32,000 bases of DNA, from positions 4,890,001 to 4,922,000 of the forward strand of contig NZ_RSDW01000001.1 in assembly GCF_003945235.1 (NCBI RefSeq), read 5' to 3'. The notes below the pieces were generated by a model, which was not told the origin of the DNA, ran no database searches, and saw only the letters and a program-made list of their open reading frames with translations. This DNA is from Edaphobacter aggregans (GTDB taxonomy: Bacteria > Acidobacteriota > Terriglobia > Terriglobales > Acidobacteriaceae). The position numbers and the translations under genes were made by a program. Positions 19,149 to 28,060 of this stretch are shown one piece after another (positions within the stretch are counted from its first letter, which is position 1; each line of letters starts with the position of its first letter).

Positions 19149-19799
19149 AAATCAATCGAATTTTTCAGATCGCACTTTTGATGGAATTGTTACTGGGAAC
19201 CCTTGCGGGTGCTCAAGCGACACCCGTCCCAGACCCATCGCTTGAGCCCCATCTTTTCCTGACACTACAGGATTTCGAAACGCGCAAAGCGATGGTTCAG
19301 CATGAACCTTGGGCCAAGGCTGCGCTAACAGCTGTTTTGAAGGAGGCCGATGGATATCCGCAAGACTATTTTAATAAGTTCGGGCTCACCAGAGTGACTG
19401 CACCCGACAAGGCTGCCCAGTGGGCACATTGGTATGTCTGCCCCGAAACCGGGACTCACCTGGAGTTCCATCCGCCAAACCACAACATTTGTCCAGACAC
19501 GGGGAAGGACTATCAGGACTGGCCCATCAGCGATGTGCACTACCACTACATGCATGACATGTTGAGCCATGACGCGTTGATCTTAGGCATTGCGTATCGC
19601 ATGACCGGGAAGGAGATATACGCGCAGCATGCGGCAGAGATCCTGAAGCTCTACGCAGACAAATACAAAGACTATCCTATCGTCGACAACTACGGAAAGC
19701 AGTCAGACTGGGGTGCGCGTGTCTATTCGCGACGCTGAATGAGTCGATCTGGCTGATCGACATGACCTTCGCTTACGACCTGGTACGCGGATCAGGTGA
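19145..19799 (+). pseudogene. N-terminal third of a heparinase II/III-like / PL17-like (oligo)alginate lyase, frameshifted and truncated.
   Basis: - Signal peptide, then HWYVCPETGTHLEFHPPNHNICPDTGKDYQDWP...LILGIAYRMTGKEIYAQHAAEILKLYADKY...GARVYS.
- A 1-nt frameshift at about 19730-19732; inserting one base restores YSQTLNESIWLIDMTFAYDLVRGSG.
- The reading frame then runs into unrelated sequence at about 19800.
- Full-length family members are, from memory, about 650-750 aa. Confidence 0.65.
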
Positions 19800-20860
19800 G
19801 CTCAACGCAACCGAATCGACGAACTGGTTGCTGCTCTCAAGCGGCAGGCTGCTGTGGCTCCCGCAAGGATCAGCGGTTATGGATATAACGACGCACTGTT
19901 GGGCCGCCATCCCAACCGACATGATTCGCGTTGGATTTCATGTTCAGTGCCGGCTCGTTCGACGAGCTTCAAGCAGCTAGAATCGAACGGGGCTTCGGCG
20001 ACGACCGCCTTCGGATCACCGCTCTCAAGAACTATCAGGGGAACTCGCTCAGCGGCCGCACTGCATGGCTGAGCGAGCCCTACTCGGACCGGCCGGACTA
20101 TTTTGGTATCCCGCCCGCTCGTACTCAGGAAAAGCTGGACGAAGATTTTCAAAGGTGGTGGGACGCTGGATGGCAGGTTGCGACGCACTCTAACGGCGAC
20201 CGTGAGATAGACATGGTTCTCACCGCGATCGAGCGTGCCGAAGCGAAGAACCCTCGTCCCGATGCTCGCTGGCGAATTGAGCACGCGAGCGTCATGAATC
20301 AGTCTCTGCTGGATCGTGCGAAGAAGGACGGAGTAGTTCTCGTCTTTCACTCCTATATGTGGGAGTACGGAGATATCCTTGCCTCTTATGGTCCAAAGCG
20401 TCTCTCGATGATGCACGCCTACCGCACTGCGACCGATATGGGTATCCCCGTGGCTGGCCACTCTGATTCGCCAATCTCCGCGGCAGATCCGTTGCTCCGC
20501 ATTCAGGATATGGTCACTCGCACTAGCTCTCAGGGTGTCGTCGTCGGCGGTAACCAGAAGCTGAGCGTCGATGAGGCGATCAAGGTCTGGACGTTGGACG
20601 GAGCGTATGCCACCTTCGAAGAAAACATCAAAGGTTCAATTACTCCGGGCAAGCTAGCGGATTTTGTCGTTCTTCAAAAAGACCCCCGAAAGGTTCAACC
20701 GAACACGATCAAGGACATACTCCTGGAAGCGACGTATCTGGGAGGCAATAAAGTCTACACAGTGCCCGCCAAAACAGTTGCCATGCTTACTCAGCCTCCA
20801 ATTAACTACGGCGACGGAAATTACGGCGACGGGGACGAAGAAGAGAATCAAAATCAATAA
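19800..20860 (+). pseudogene. Amidohydrolase-3 (YtcJ-like metal-dependent hydrolase) remnant lacking its N-terminus and an internal segment.
   Basis: - Frame 0 fragment RIDELVAALKRQAAVAPARISGYGYNDALLGRHPNRHD.
- After a frame break near 19920-19935: GRTAWLSEPYSDRP...WQVATHSNGDREIDMVLTAIERA...RWRIEHASVM...GHSDSPISAADPLL...GSITPGKLADFVVLQKDP.
- The N-terminal metal-binding HxH segment and about 100+ internal residues are missing. Confidence 0.7.
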
Positions 20861-20869
20861 GTCACCTGA

Positions 20870-20915
20870 AAATGGACTATGCCGCATTCCGAAGAACTGG
20901 TGGCATAGTCCATTT
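20870..20915. terminator. 14-bp perfect inverted repeat between convergent genes; possible bidirectional terminator.
   Basis: AAATGGACTATGCC (20870-20883), 18-nt loop, GGCATAGTCCATTT (20902-20915). On the minus strand it is followed by TTTTC. It sits 10 nt after the + strand stop at 20860 and about 115 nt after the minus-strand stop at 21031. Confidence 0.45.
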
Positions 20916-21030
20916 AGCTGTTGTCCTGGTTGATTTCCGTGCAGGGATGGGTGTCGTCTACCTCTCGCACGAATAAGACGCTGTAATGATTCACCTGGAG
21001 ACGCCCGCTTATTCCCGGCAGGTTTTGCAT

Positions 21031-24000
21031 CTAGGGTAAAGTGGCGCGAATACTTCCGCCGAAGCTCCCTCCTGTGTAGGTGCCGGAATATCGCTCCGCT
21101 GCGGGGGCGCCATCGGCTCCGGCTGCGGAGGAGAAGCTCACCACGGTGATGGCTGATCCACCTGCTGGCGGGATGTTGCCGAGAGAGAGGGGAAGCGGAG
21201 TGCCAGTGGCGGAACCGAGGGTTGCGGCGGTCAGTTTGACGTTCTGGGCGGTGCCGGTGCCGTTGTTGGTGATGGTAACGACGGCCTGATAGCCGCTTCC
21301 GCCTAGCTTGCTGAGGGTTGCGGTTGTGATGAGCTGCACGGTGCCGGGGATGGGTGCGTTGTTGCCGGTCTGAACGATCTGGAGCGCGGCGGGAGTCGCA
21401 AGATTAGCGTTGGCCGCGTTGCCTGAGAATGTCGCGGTGTTGGTGAAATTGAGGAAGGAGGCGGGGGTGAACTGCGAGTTGAACTGGCAGGCTCCGCCGG
21501 CAGCTATGCTGATGGGAGAGGCGATGGCACAATCGGTGGTGGCCGTCTGCGTCAGGGCGAAGTTGGTTTGGTCGGGATCCTTGAGCGCGAGGCTGGCCGC
21601 GGCGTTGCCGGTGGAAAGCAGGTTGACCGTGATGGGCGGCGCGCTGGTGGACGTGAAGGCCGTGAGGGCCTGAGTGCGTTCGAGCGCGAGGATTTGGTTG
21701 GCAGGCGAAGCAGCGTAGAGATTGCCGATGCTGTCGAGCGCGAGCGCACTGACCGATGCAACAGGGGCTACCGTGAAGGGTGCGCTGCTCGGGCTGGCGG
21801 GGACGGCGATGATGTTGGTTGTGGAAGAGTCGGTGAGGAGCAAGTTCCCGGCTGCGTCGACCGCGACTGCTGTTGGTGCAGCGACGGCAGAGCTTGCCGT
21901 GGTACGGGCCAGCGATTGCGCGTCGAAGCGATAGACCGCTGAGGCTGTGGGGTCAGCAACGAAGATGTTGGCGTTCGTGTCGACGGCGACGCCGGTGGGT
22001 TTAGCAAGACCGGTGTTGGCGATGACGCGCGAGGCTATCTGGTTCGAGCCGATCTCGGTGATGGTTTTGGCGGTTGCGTCCGAGACGTAGAGGTTGTTGA
22101 GAGAGTCGACGGCGAGACTCTGGGGCGACGTGAAGGCGATGGGCAGTGTCTTCGGTGTACCAGACGGTGGGAGTTGGGTGATTTCGCCGGTGGTTGCGTC
22201 GGCTACGAAGACGTTCCCGGCGGAGTCGACAGCCAGGGCTGATGGGTTGGTGAAGCTGCCGAGGGTGGAGAAGGGTGCCGATGCGCCTGCAGCGGCTGCT
22301 CCTGGAGCGAACTTCAGGACTGACCTGCTGATGGCGTCGGCTACATAGACGTTCCCTGCATTATCCGTGGCGAGCGCGTTGACGGTGAGGTTCTGGCCGA
22401 AGGTCAGCTGACGGGCCGGGTCGAGGGTGGCCCCTGCTCCTACGCCTGTACCCGTGAGGCCGAGGTAGGCAGGATTGTTGAGCGACGTGTTGATGGTGAG
22501 GGGAGCGGCGCGTGAGCCTGCTACAGCTGGCGTGAAGCTCGCGGTATAGATGCAATCCTGAGTTGTGTCGGAGTTGGTTGTGCATGCTCCTGCCGAGAGG
22601 GTGAAGTCCGGGGACGACAGTGCAATGGCGGATGGAGCGTCGGATGGGATGAAGTGGAGCTGCACGGTATGGGCTGCGGGCGTGCCGACTGCACTGGCGG
22701 CGAAGCGGAGATTGTTCGAGACTTTGCGGATACGAATATTGGTGGAGTCGCTGATGTAGAGGTTGCCCTGTTGATCGAGCGCTACGCCCATACCGTTGCC
22801 GCCATTGGAGCCGACGATGGCCTGCGTGCCGACGCAGCTGTCGCCGATGGGGGATGCGGCGCAGCTTGTTCCGGTGCCTCCGCCGGCGACGACATGGGTG
22901 TATCCTGTGCGGCCCTCGAGGAACCAAACGACGTTGTTGGAGGAGTCTGCGATGTAGAGGTTGCCATCAGCATCCATCGCGAGTTTCTGCGGGCCCATGT
23001 TTACAGCAGTGCTGAGGCCCGGGGCCAGGGACGAGTTGCTGGATGTACTCGTGCCCGCGAGAGTGTAGATATCGCCGTTGACGGGAGAGGCGACGCCAAC
23101 TTTGTTGAGCAGGTTGTAGAGATTGCTGCCGGGAGTGCAGGCAACGCAGACGACACGAACCTTAGATGACTCCGCGATATACACGTTGCTGCTGGAGTCG
23201 ACGAGGACGCCCTGTGGGTTGTTGAGTGTGGCGAGAGTGGCGAGGCCATTGTCACCTGTAGAGGAGGTGGCCCCGCTGCCGGCGATGGTCTGGATGTTGC
23301 CCGCGCCCGCTAGTCCGGAGGCTGGGTTGAGGACTTCGCGGATGCGGTTGTTGCCGGAGTCAGCGATGTAGATGTTGCCTGCGGGATCTGTCCAGACTCC
23401 GCGAGGACCTTTGAGTGTGGCACTGCTTGCAGCGCCTCCATCGCCTGAGAAGTTAGAACTGCCGGTGCCGGCGATGAGATACATCTTGCCGTCGGCGACA
23501 TGGACGACCTGAACCTTGTTGTCGTTGTAGCCCCCAATGTAAATGTTGCCCAGGGGGTCGGCGTAGTCGCCTCGCGCCTTGTTGAGCTTTACCAGCGTAG
23601 GTGTGCAGCCAACGGTGGTGGTTGGGACACAGGCAGTTCCAGAGACGTAGCCAGCGAAGTTGGTCACGATGCCTGAGGTGGAGACCTTGCGGATCTGCGA
23701 GGCATTCGCGTCGGTGAAGTAGACGTTCCCGAAGGGATCGACTGCGGCACTGCGGAGGTCGGCGGATGTGCCACCGGTGATCATGATGGCGGTGGCTTGG
23801 CAGCCATTGCCGAAGCTGTCGAGGGAGCCAGTGCAGGTGGTGTTGGCCGATGAAGAGGTAGCTCCGCCTACGATGGTGGTGATGGTGTAAGGCATGGCCA
23901 CGGGCGCGGCGGACAACGGAATGATGGGCGCGGCGTTGACCGTGATGGTGATCGCCGGGCTGGAGGTGGAAGCCGCGAAGTTTGCACTGGCGACGTAGCT

Positions 24001-26334
24001 TGCACTGACGCTGTCGATGCCTTGCGGAAGAAGAGCGCTAAAGACTGCCGTGCCGTTGGTCAAGGCTCCCGAGCCAACGAGCGTGGGCGTGGAGTTGCTG
24101 GCAGTCGTGTAGCTGAAGCTCACGGAGCCTGTCGGCGTGCCTGCGACGGAAGAGACTGTTGCGGTGAGCGAGACGGGAGTTCCTACGGTGGTCGTAGTCG
24201 TGGACGAGGTTAGCGTCGTAAGGGTTTGGGCGGGGCTGATGGTGACGGGCGATGCGGCGGAGAAGGAGCCGGCGTTCGACGTGTCGCCGTTATAGACCGC
24301 GCCAAGGCTGTACGCGCCCGTAGGCAGGTTGAAGGTGAAGGAAGCTACACCGCCGACGAGGGGAACAGTCGCGTAGACCGCACCGTTGATCAGGAAACCG
24401 ACGGAGCCGGATGGGTTGGAGGAGCCGGAGACGGTGGCCGTCGCGGTGAAGCCCGCTCCGAAGGTTGTGGGGGAGACGACTCCGCTTAATGAGGTTGTAG
24501 TGGATGACAGGTTGCCCGCGCCGACCGTCACGGCGTAGCTACCGAAGGTTGGGATGGCAGCATAGGGTGCGCTGCCGGAGAAGCTGGCGGTGTAGGTGTG
24601 GGTTCCGGTCGGTGCGTTGGTGATGGGGATGAAGACAGTGTCGCCGGTACCGGGAAGGCTTGCAGTGAAGGTGCGGCTGGCCTCATCGGTCAGGGTGACG
24701 GTACCGGATGGGTACGGGTACGAGTTGCTGGCGAAGGCCGGGGTCAGGATGACAACGGCGGTAGGGAACTGTCCCGCGGTCACGTTCTGACTGGACCCCT
24801 GAGGACCGGTAAGCTCGGGCGCGAGGAAGGTGAAGTTGCAGGCGGGAGCGACGAGGGCTGGCGCAGTGCGGTTGTCGATGATGACATTGCCGTTGGTACC
24901 GTTGTAGGCGTTGAGGAGCGAGACGAAGTTGCTGGAGACCTGGCCGGGGCCGAAAGTGATCTGAGCGTTGGATGGGGCAACAATGTTGGAGGCGGCCACC
25001 GTGTCGACGGTGACGTTGTCGAGCGTGACGATGAGTGGATTGATGGTGCCGTTGTTGCTTGCGCCGAGGAATGTGAATGAGCCGGTGGCGGTGGGGCCTT
25101 GGTTGGAGAAGCGAAGGTTCTGCAGCAGGATATTTTTGAAGTTGGGGGTGAGCGTGCCGGGGTTGGTGTTGTAGAGCGGCGTGAACTGGATCTGGGTGCC
25201 GTGGTCGGCGAAACAGGAGTTCGAGTATTGGATGTTCTGCACTACATTGCCGCGGTCGTTGGCGGACTTGATGCGAATGCCGGTGGAGTTGCTGCCGTCG
25301 ACCTCGGCGTCGCCGTACATGAGGTTGTTGTCGTAAAGCACGTTGTTGACGCCACCGGTGGTGAAGCTTCCGATGGACTCTCCGTGGCCGGCGAAGAAGT
25401 GGTTGTTGATGACGGAGATGTTCGACGAGGCTGAGTTGGGTGCGCCAACGGCTACGTTGTCGTCGCCATCGGAGATCCAGGAGTTGGTGATGGTGGCGTT
25501 GGTCGTGTTGCCGGGATCAATGCCATCGGTATTGCGCGCGTTGTAGGGCGTGACGATCTTCATGTCCCAGGCGGTGAAGCCGGTGACGGTGTTGAGTGCA
25601 ACGTGAAAGTTTGGTGAGTTTTTGAAGGTGATCTTGTAGAGGGTGATGTTAGTGGACTTCGATATCTGAAGGCCGCGGGGATTCTGCTGGCTGGCTCCGA
25701 GGCTGTCGGCGTCCGTAGCGAGATCCCACCAGGTCTTCCCGGTCGTCGAGCCTTCAAAGCCGGCGGTCGGAAAGCTGTTAAGTACGACGTCTCCGCCGCG
25801 GCCGTTGAGCTTGCCGAAGCCCATGATGCCGGAATTGTTCGCGTTGGTGATGCTGATCAGGTTCTGGCAGCTTGCCGTATTGCTGTTGTTGTTGACGGTA
25901 CCGCAGGTGTGAGTGCCGGGGGTGGTGTCGTAGTCCTGGGCGTTACGCGAGAAGTAGAGGGTGACGCCGGGATCGACGAGGAGGGTGACGCCGGTCGGAA
26001 TGGTGATGGGGCCAGTGAGGAAGGCGTTGTTGCCGGAGGCGTCCATGGACAGTTCAACTGCCTGATTCGTGCCCTGACAAGCATTGAGCGCAGTTTGGAG
26101 ACGGGACTGATCAAGTTTGGTGCTGGCAGCTTCGACGGATGCAGGAACATCTTCACTGACGTCGTGGAAAGAGGCCATCAAAGCCTGGCAAGTGGATGGA
26201 AAGGCTGGTTCTACCACTGAACGGGTATCGCCGGTGGCGACGGCAGGCGCTTGAGAGAATAGAGAGGGGGAGAGAGCTCCGCAGAGGAGAAGCGTTGTTA
26301 GGCTGGAGCGTCGAAATGCCACCATGAAATTCAT
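21031..26334 (-). CDS. Giant secreted multidomain protein: GH28-like right-handed beta-helix + Ig-like repeats + two NHL-repeat beta-propellers + C-terminal beta-sandwich region.
   Basis: - Start: AGGAGA, then 3 nt, then ATG at 26334 (the ORF track opens at 26373).
- Signal peptide SLTTLLLCGALSPSLFSQA.
- All four GH28 signature motifs in order: NTDGID, GDDNVAV, AGHGESIGS, GIRIKS (nt about 25267-25533).
- Three Big_3-like units (nt about 23884-24816).
- About 7 + 6 NHL repeats, e.g. GNIYIADSGNNRIREV, GNLYIADSSNNVVWF, GNLYISDSTNIRIRKV, GNVYVADAISRSVLKF, GNVFVADATTGEITQL. Confidence 0.9.
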   Translation of the reverse strand: MNFMVAFRRSSLTTLLLCGALSPSLFSQAPAVATGDTRSVVEPAFPSTCQALMASFHDVSEDVPASVEAASTKLDQSRLQTALNACQGTNQAVELSMDASGNNAFLTGPITIPTGVTLLVDPGVTLYFSRNAQDYDTTPGTHTCGTVNNNSNTASCQNLISITNANNSGIMGFGKLNGRGGDVVLNSFPTAGFEGSTTGKTWWDLATDADSLGASQQNPRGLQISKSTNITLYKITFKNSPNFHVALNTVTGFTAWDMKIVTPYNARNTDGIDPGNTTNATITNSWISDGDDNVAVGAPNSASSNISVINNHFFAGHGESIGSFTTGGVNNVLYDNNLMYGDAEVDGSNSTGIRIKSANDRGNVVQNIQYSNSCFADHGTQIQFTPLYNTNPGTLTPNFKNILLQNLRFSNQGPTATGSFTFLGASNNGTINPLIVTLDNVTVDTVAASNIVAPSNAQITFGPGQVSSNFVSLLNAYNGTNGNVIIDNRTAPALVAPACNFTFLAPELTGPQGSSQNVTAGQFPTAVVILTPAFASNSYPYPSGTVTLTDEASRTFTASLPGTGDTVFIPITNAPTGTHTYTASFSGSAPYAAIPTFGSYAVTVGAGNLSSTTTSLSGVVSPTTFGAGFTATATVSGSSNPSGSVGFLINGAVYATVPLVGGVASFTFNLPTGAYSLGAVYNGDTSNAGSFSAASPVTISPAQTLTTLTSSTTTTTVGTPVSLTATVSSVAGTPTGSVSFSYTTASNSTPTLVGSGALTNGTAVFSALLPQGIDSVSASYVASANFAASTSSPAITITVNAAPIIPLSAAPVAMPYTITTIVGGATSSSANTTCTGSLDSFGNGCQATAIMITGGTSADLRSAAVDPFGNVYFTDANASQIRKVSTSGIVTNFAGYVSGTACVPTTTVGCTPTLVKLNKARGDYADPLGNIYIGGYNDNKVQVVHVADGKMYLIAGTGSSNFSGDGGAASSATLKGPRGVWTDPAGNIYIADSGNNRIREVLNPASGLAGAGNIQTIAGSGATSSTGDNGLATLATLNNPQGVLVDSSSNVYIAESSKVRVVCVACTPGSNLYNLLNKVGVASPVNGDIYTLAGTSTSSNSSLAPGLSTAVNMGPQKLAMDADGNLYIADSSNNVVWFLEGRTGYTHVVAGGGTGTSCAASPIGDSCVGTQAIVGSNGGNGMGVALDQQGNLYISDSTNIRIRKVSNNLRFAASAVGTPAAHTVQLHFIPSDAPSAIALSSPDFTLSAGACTTNSDTTQDCIYTASFTPAVAGSRAAPLTINTSLNNPAYLGLTGTGVGAGATLDPARQLTFGQNLTVNALATDNAGNVYVADAISRSVLKFAPGAAAAGASAPFSTLGSFTNPSALAVDSAGNVFVADATTGEITQLPPSGTPKTLPIAFTSPQSLAVDSLNNLYVSDATAKTITEIGSNQIASRVIANTGLAKPTGVAVDTNANIFVADPTASAVYRFDAQSLARTTASSAVAAPTAVAVDAAGNLLLTDSSTTNIIAVPASPSSAPFTVAPVASVSALALDSIGNLYAASPANQILALERTQALTAFTSTSAPPITVNLLSTGNAAASLALKDPDQTNFALTQTATTDCAIASPISIAAGGACQFNSQFTPASFLNFTNTATFSGNAANANLATPAALQIVQTGNNAPIPGTVQLITTATLSKLGGSGYQAVVTITNNGTGTAQNVKLTAATLGSATGTPLPLSLGNIPPAGGSAITVVSFSSAAGADGAPAAERYSGTYTGGSFGGSIRATLP

Positions 26335-26459
26335 ATTTCTCCTATAGAAACGGCCTGACCTTGAAATTGGCATGGGATGGCCTGCAGGGGAGCCTTCCGG
26401 TCTTGCAGCCTAGAGGATGCGTGAAAGACTGGTATGACCACATCCCAACTGCGAGCCAA

Positions 26460-26489
26460 AATCTACCCACTCCAGCGATCCGTTGTCAA
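26460..26489 (-). promoter_or_regulatory. Putative sigma70-type promoter of the giant gene.
   Basis: On the minus strand: TTGACA (26489-26484), 18-nt spacer, TAGATT (26465-26460). It is about 120 nt upstream of the ATG at 26334 and downstream of the tRNA terminator. Motif match only. Confidence 0.35.
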
Positions 26490-26640
26490 CTGGAAATTGT
26501 CATGATGCTACGCACAGAAATGGACGACGCTCGTCGGTGCCTCGCATAGAGGACAGATGGGACACAATACGGAGCCTGATGAGGGCTAACAACCACCCAA
26601 CGGCCACCGCGTACCGTGTTAAAACCAACAGCTACCACCA

Positions 26641-26665
26641 CAAAATAACCACCCGTAGGGTGGTT
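26641..26665 (-). terminator. Terminator of tRNA-Ser.
   Basis: AACCACCC-gta-GGGTGGTT (26647-26665). On the minus strand it is followed by ATTTTG. It lies about 50 nt downstream of the tRNA 3' end. Confidence 0.55.
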
Positions 26666-26713
26666 TCTCTTTGCGGTTATTCTAGATAAGTGGTTGTTTA
26701 TGTGTTAGTTGTG

Positions 26714-26805
26714 TGGCGGAGAGTGAGGGATTCGAACCCCCGATAGCCTTGCGACTATGTCTGATTTCGAGTCAGGTGCATTCAACCGGGCTCTGCCAAC
26801 TCTCC
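26714..26805 (-). tRNA. tRNA-Ser (anticodon CGA), class II with a long variable arm and encoded CCA.
   Basis: The reverse complement reads GGAGAGT-TG-GCAGAGCCCGGTTGAATGC-A-CCTGA-CTCGAAA-TCAGA-CATAGTCGCAAGGCTATC-GGGGGTTCGAATCCCTC-ACTCTCC-G-CCA. It has a 7-bp acceptor stem, U33-CGA-A37 anticodon loop, a paired variable arm and a canonical TTCGAAT T-loop. Confidence 0.95.
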
Positions 26806-26865
26806 GTAGGTCCAGTTTATCTTGAATTTTGAGTTAGGCATAGCATCGGGGTGGAGGAGTTTTTG

Positions 26866-27987
26866 GTGAGCGGAGAGTGGACCCCGGAGGGTGAGGCGTG
26901 GATGCGGGAGCTCGCCATGGAGGTGGGCTTCGATGCTGCCGGGGTGGCGCCGATTATCGGGACAAGCGATGGGGAAAGATTGGATGCCGTGAGGTTTGAG
27001 GCATGGGTCGAGGGTGGCCGAGCAGGAGAGATGGAGTATCTAAAACGCCGGGACGAACGAGGCGTGCTGCTGCGTAGCGGGGTACAGGTGGCGATGCCGT
27101 GGGCTCGGTCCGTGATTGTGTGTGCGCTTAACTACAATTCTGCAGCTCCTTTGTCGATTGATGGAGCGGAGGATGGAACTGGATGGATCGCTCGCTATGC
27201 CTGGAGCGGGAAAGATTCAGAGTCGGGGCTGCTTCCTACTGACTATCACAACGAACTGTTGGGGCGACTGCGTTCTGTAGAGGATGCTTTGCGTCAACGG
27301 TATGACTGCGAGACGCGATGCTATGTGGATACGGGGCCGCTGGTGGAGCGGTCAGTGGCGGCGAAGGCTGGGGTAGGGTGGATCGGGAAGAATATATGTC
27401 TGTTGAATCAGGAGTTGGGGTCGTGGCTGCTGTTGGGGGTTATTGTTACGTCGTTGCGGGTAGGGGAGGGAACTAACTTCGAGGTGGCGGCGGACCGGTG
27501 TGGGAGCTGTACGCGGTGTATCGATGCGTGTCCGACCGGGGCGCTGGTGGCCCCTCGTGAGATGGATGCGACACGATGTATCGCTTATCTGACGATTGAG
27601 AAGAAGGGGGCCATTCCGGAGGATTTGCGAGAGGGGATGGGCCGACAGGTCTTTGGGTGCGATATCTGCCAGGATGTTTGCCCGTGGAACCGGAGGGCTC
27701 CTGTAGCCGTAAAGGAGGGTATGCTGGCACGGCCGGAGTTAGTGAATCCGGAGCTAGAGTGGCTGGCTGGAATGGATGCGGCAGAGTTCAAGCGATGGTT
27801 CAAGGGCTCTCCGATAGAACGTACGCGCAAGAAGCGGCTGCACCGGAATGTAGCGATCGCCATGGGCAACAGCCGGGACGAGAGGTTTTTGTCTCAGCTC
27901 GAAGTGTGGAGCACATGCGAGGACCCGGTTCTGGCCGAGAGTGCGGTGTGGGCGATCGGGCAGATCCTTCACCGTGACGGCGCGTAA
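26866..27987 (+). CDS. queG: tRNA epoxyqueuosine(34) reductase QueG.
   Basis: Two ferredoxin-type clusters, CGSCTRCIDACPTGA and CDICQDVCPWN, the internal GWIGKN motif, and a C-terminal HEAT-like tail (RNVAIAMGNS). GGAGGAG at 26853-26859 lies 6 nt before the in-frame GTG at 26866. GTG 26851 is the alternative start. Confidence 0.88.
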   Translation: MSGEWTPEGEAWMRELAMEVGFDAAGVAPIIGTSDGERLDAVRFEAWVEGGRAGEMEYLKRRDERGVLLRSGVQVAMPWARSVIVCALNYNSAAPLSIDGAEDGTGWIARYAWSGKDSESGLLPTDYHNELLGRLRSVEDALRQRYDCETRCYVDTGPLVERSVAAKAGVGWIGKNICLLNQELGSWLLLGVIVTSLRVGEGTNFEVAADRCGSCTRCIDACPTGALVAPREMDATRCIAYLTIEKKGAIPEDLREGMGRQVFGCDICQDVCPWNRRAPVAVKEGMLARPELVNPELEWLAGMDAAEFKRWFKGSPIERTRKKRLHRNVAIAMGNSRDERFLSQLEVWSTCEDPVLAESAVWAIGQILHRDGA

Positions 27988-28060
27988 ACGAATCGGAGAG
28001 GTGCTCTGCTAGCATCGGATACAGGTGCGGTGAAGTTCTGTCGCTGGCAACTCCTCTTCT

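Noticed and set aside
20804-20833. 15-nt tandem duplication AACTACGGCGACGGA / AATTACGGCGACGGG, encoding NYGDG-NYGDG at the amidohydrolase C-terminus.
   Set aside because: A single small duplication in the disordered acidic tail of a gene that is already a pseudogene. It is not a repeat array.
26374-26850. tRNA-Ser as a possible genomic-island integration site next to the giant gene and the decayed genes.
   Set aside because: No integrase, excisionase or transposase is in the window. I found no second copy of the tRNA 3' end (att-like direct repeat) by eye.
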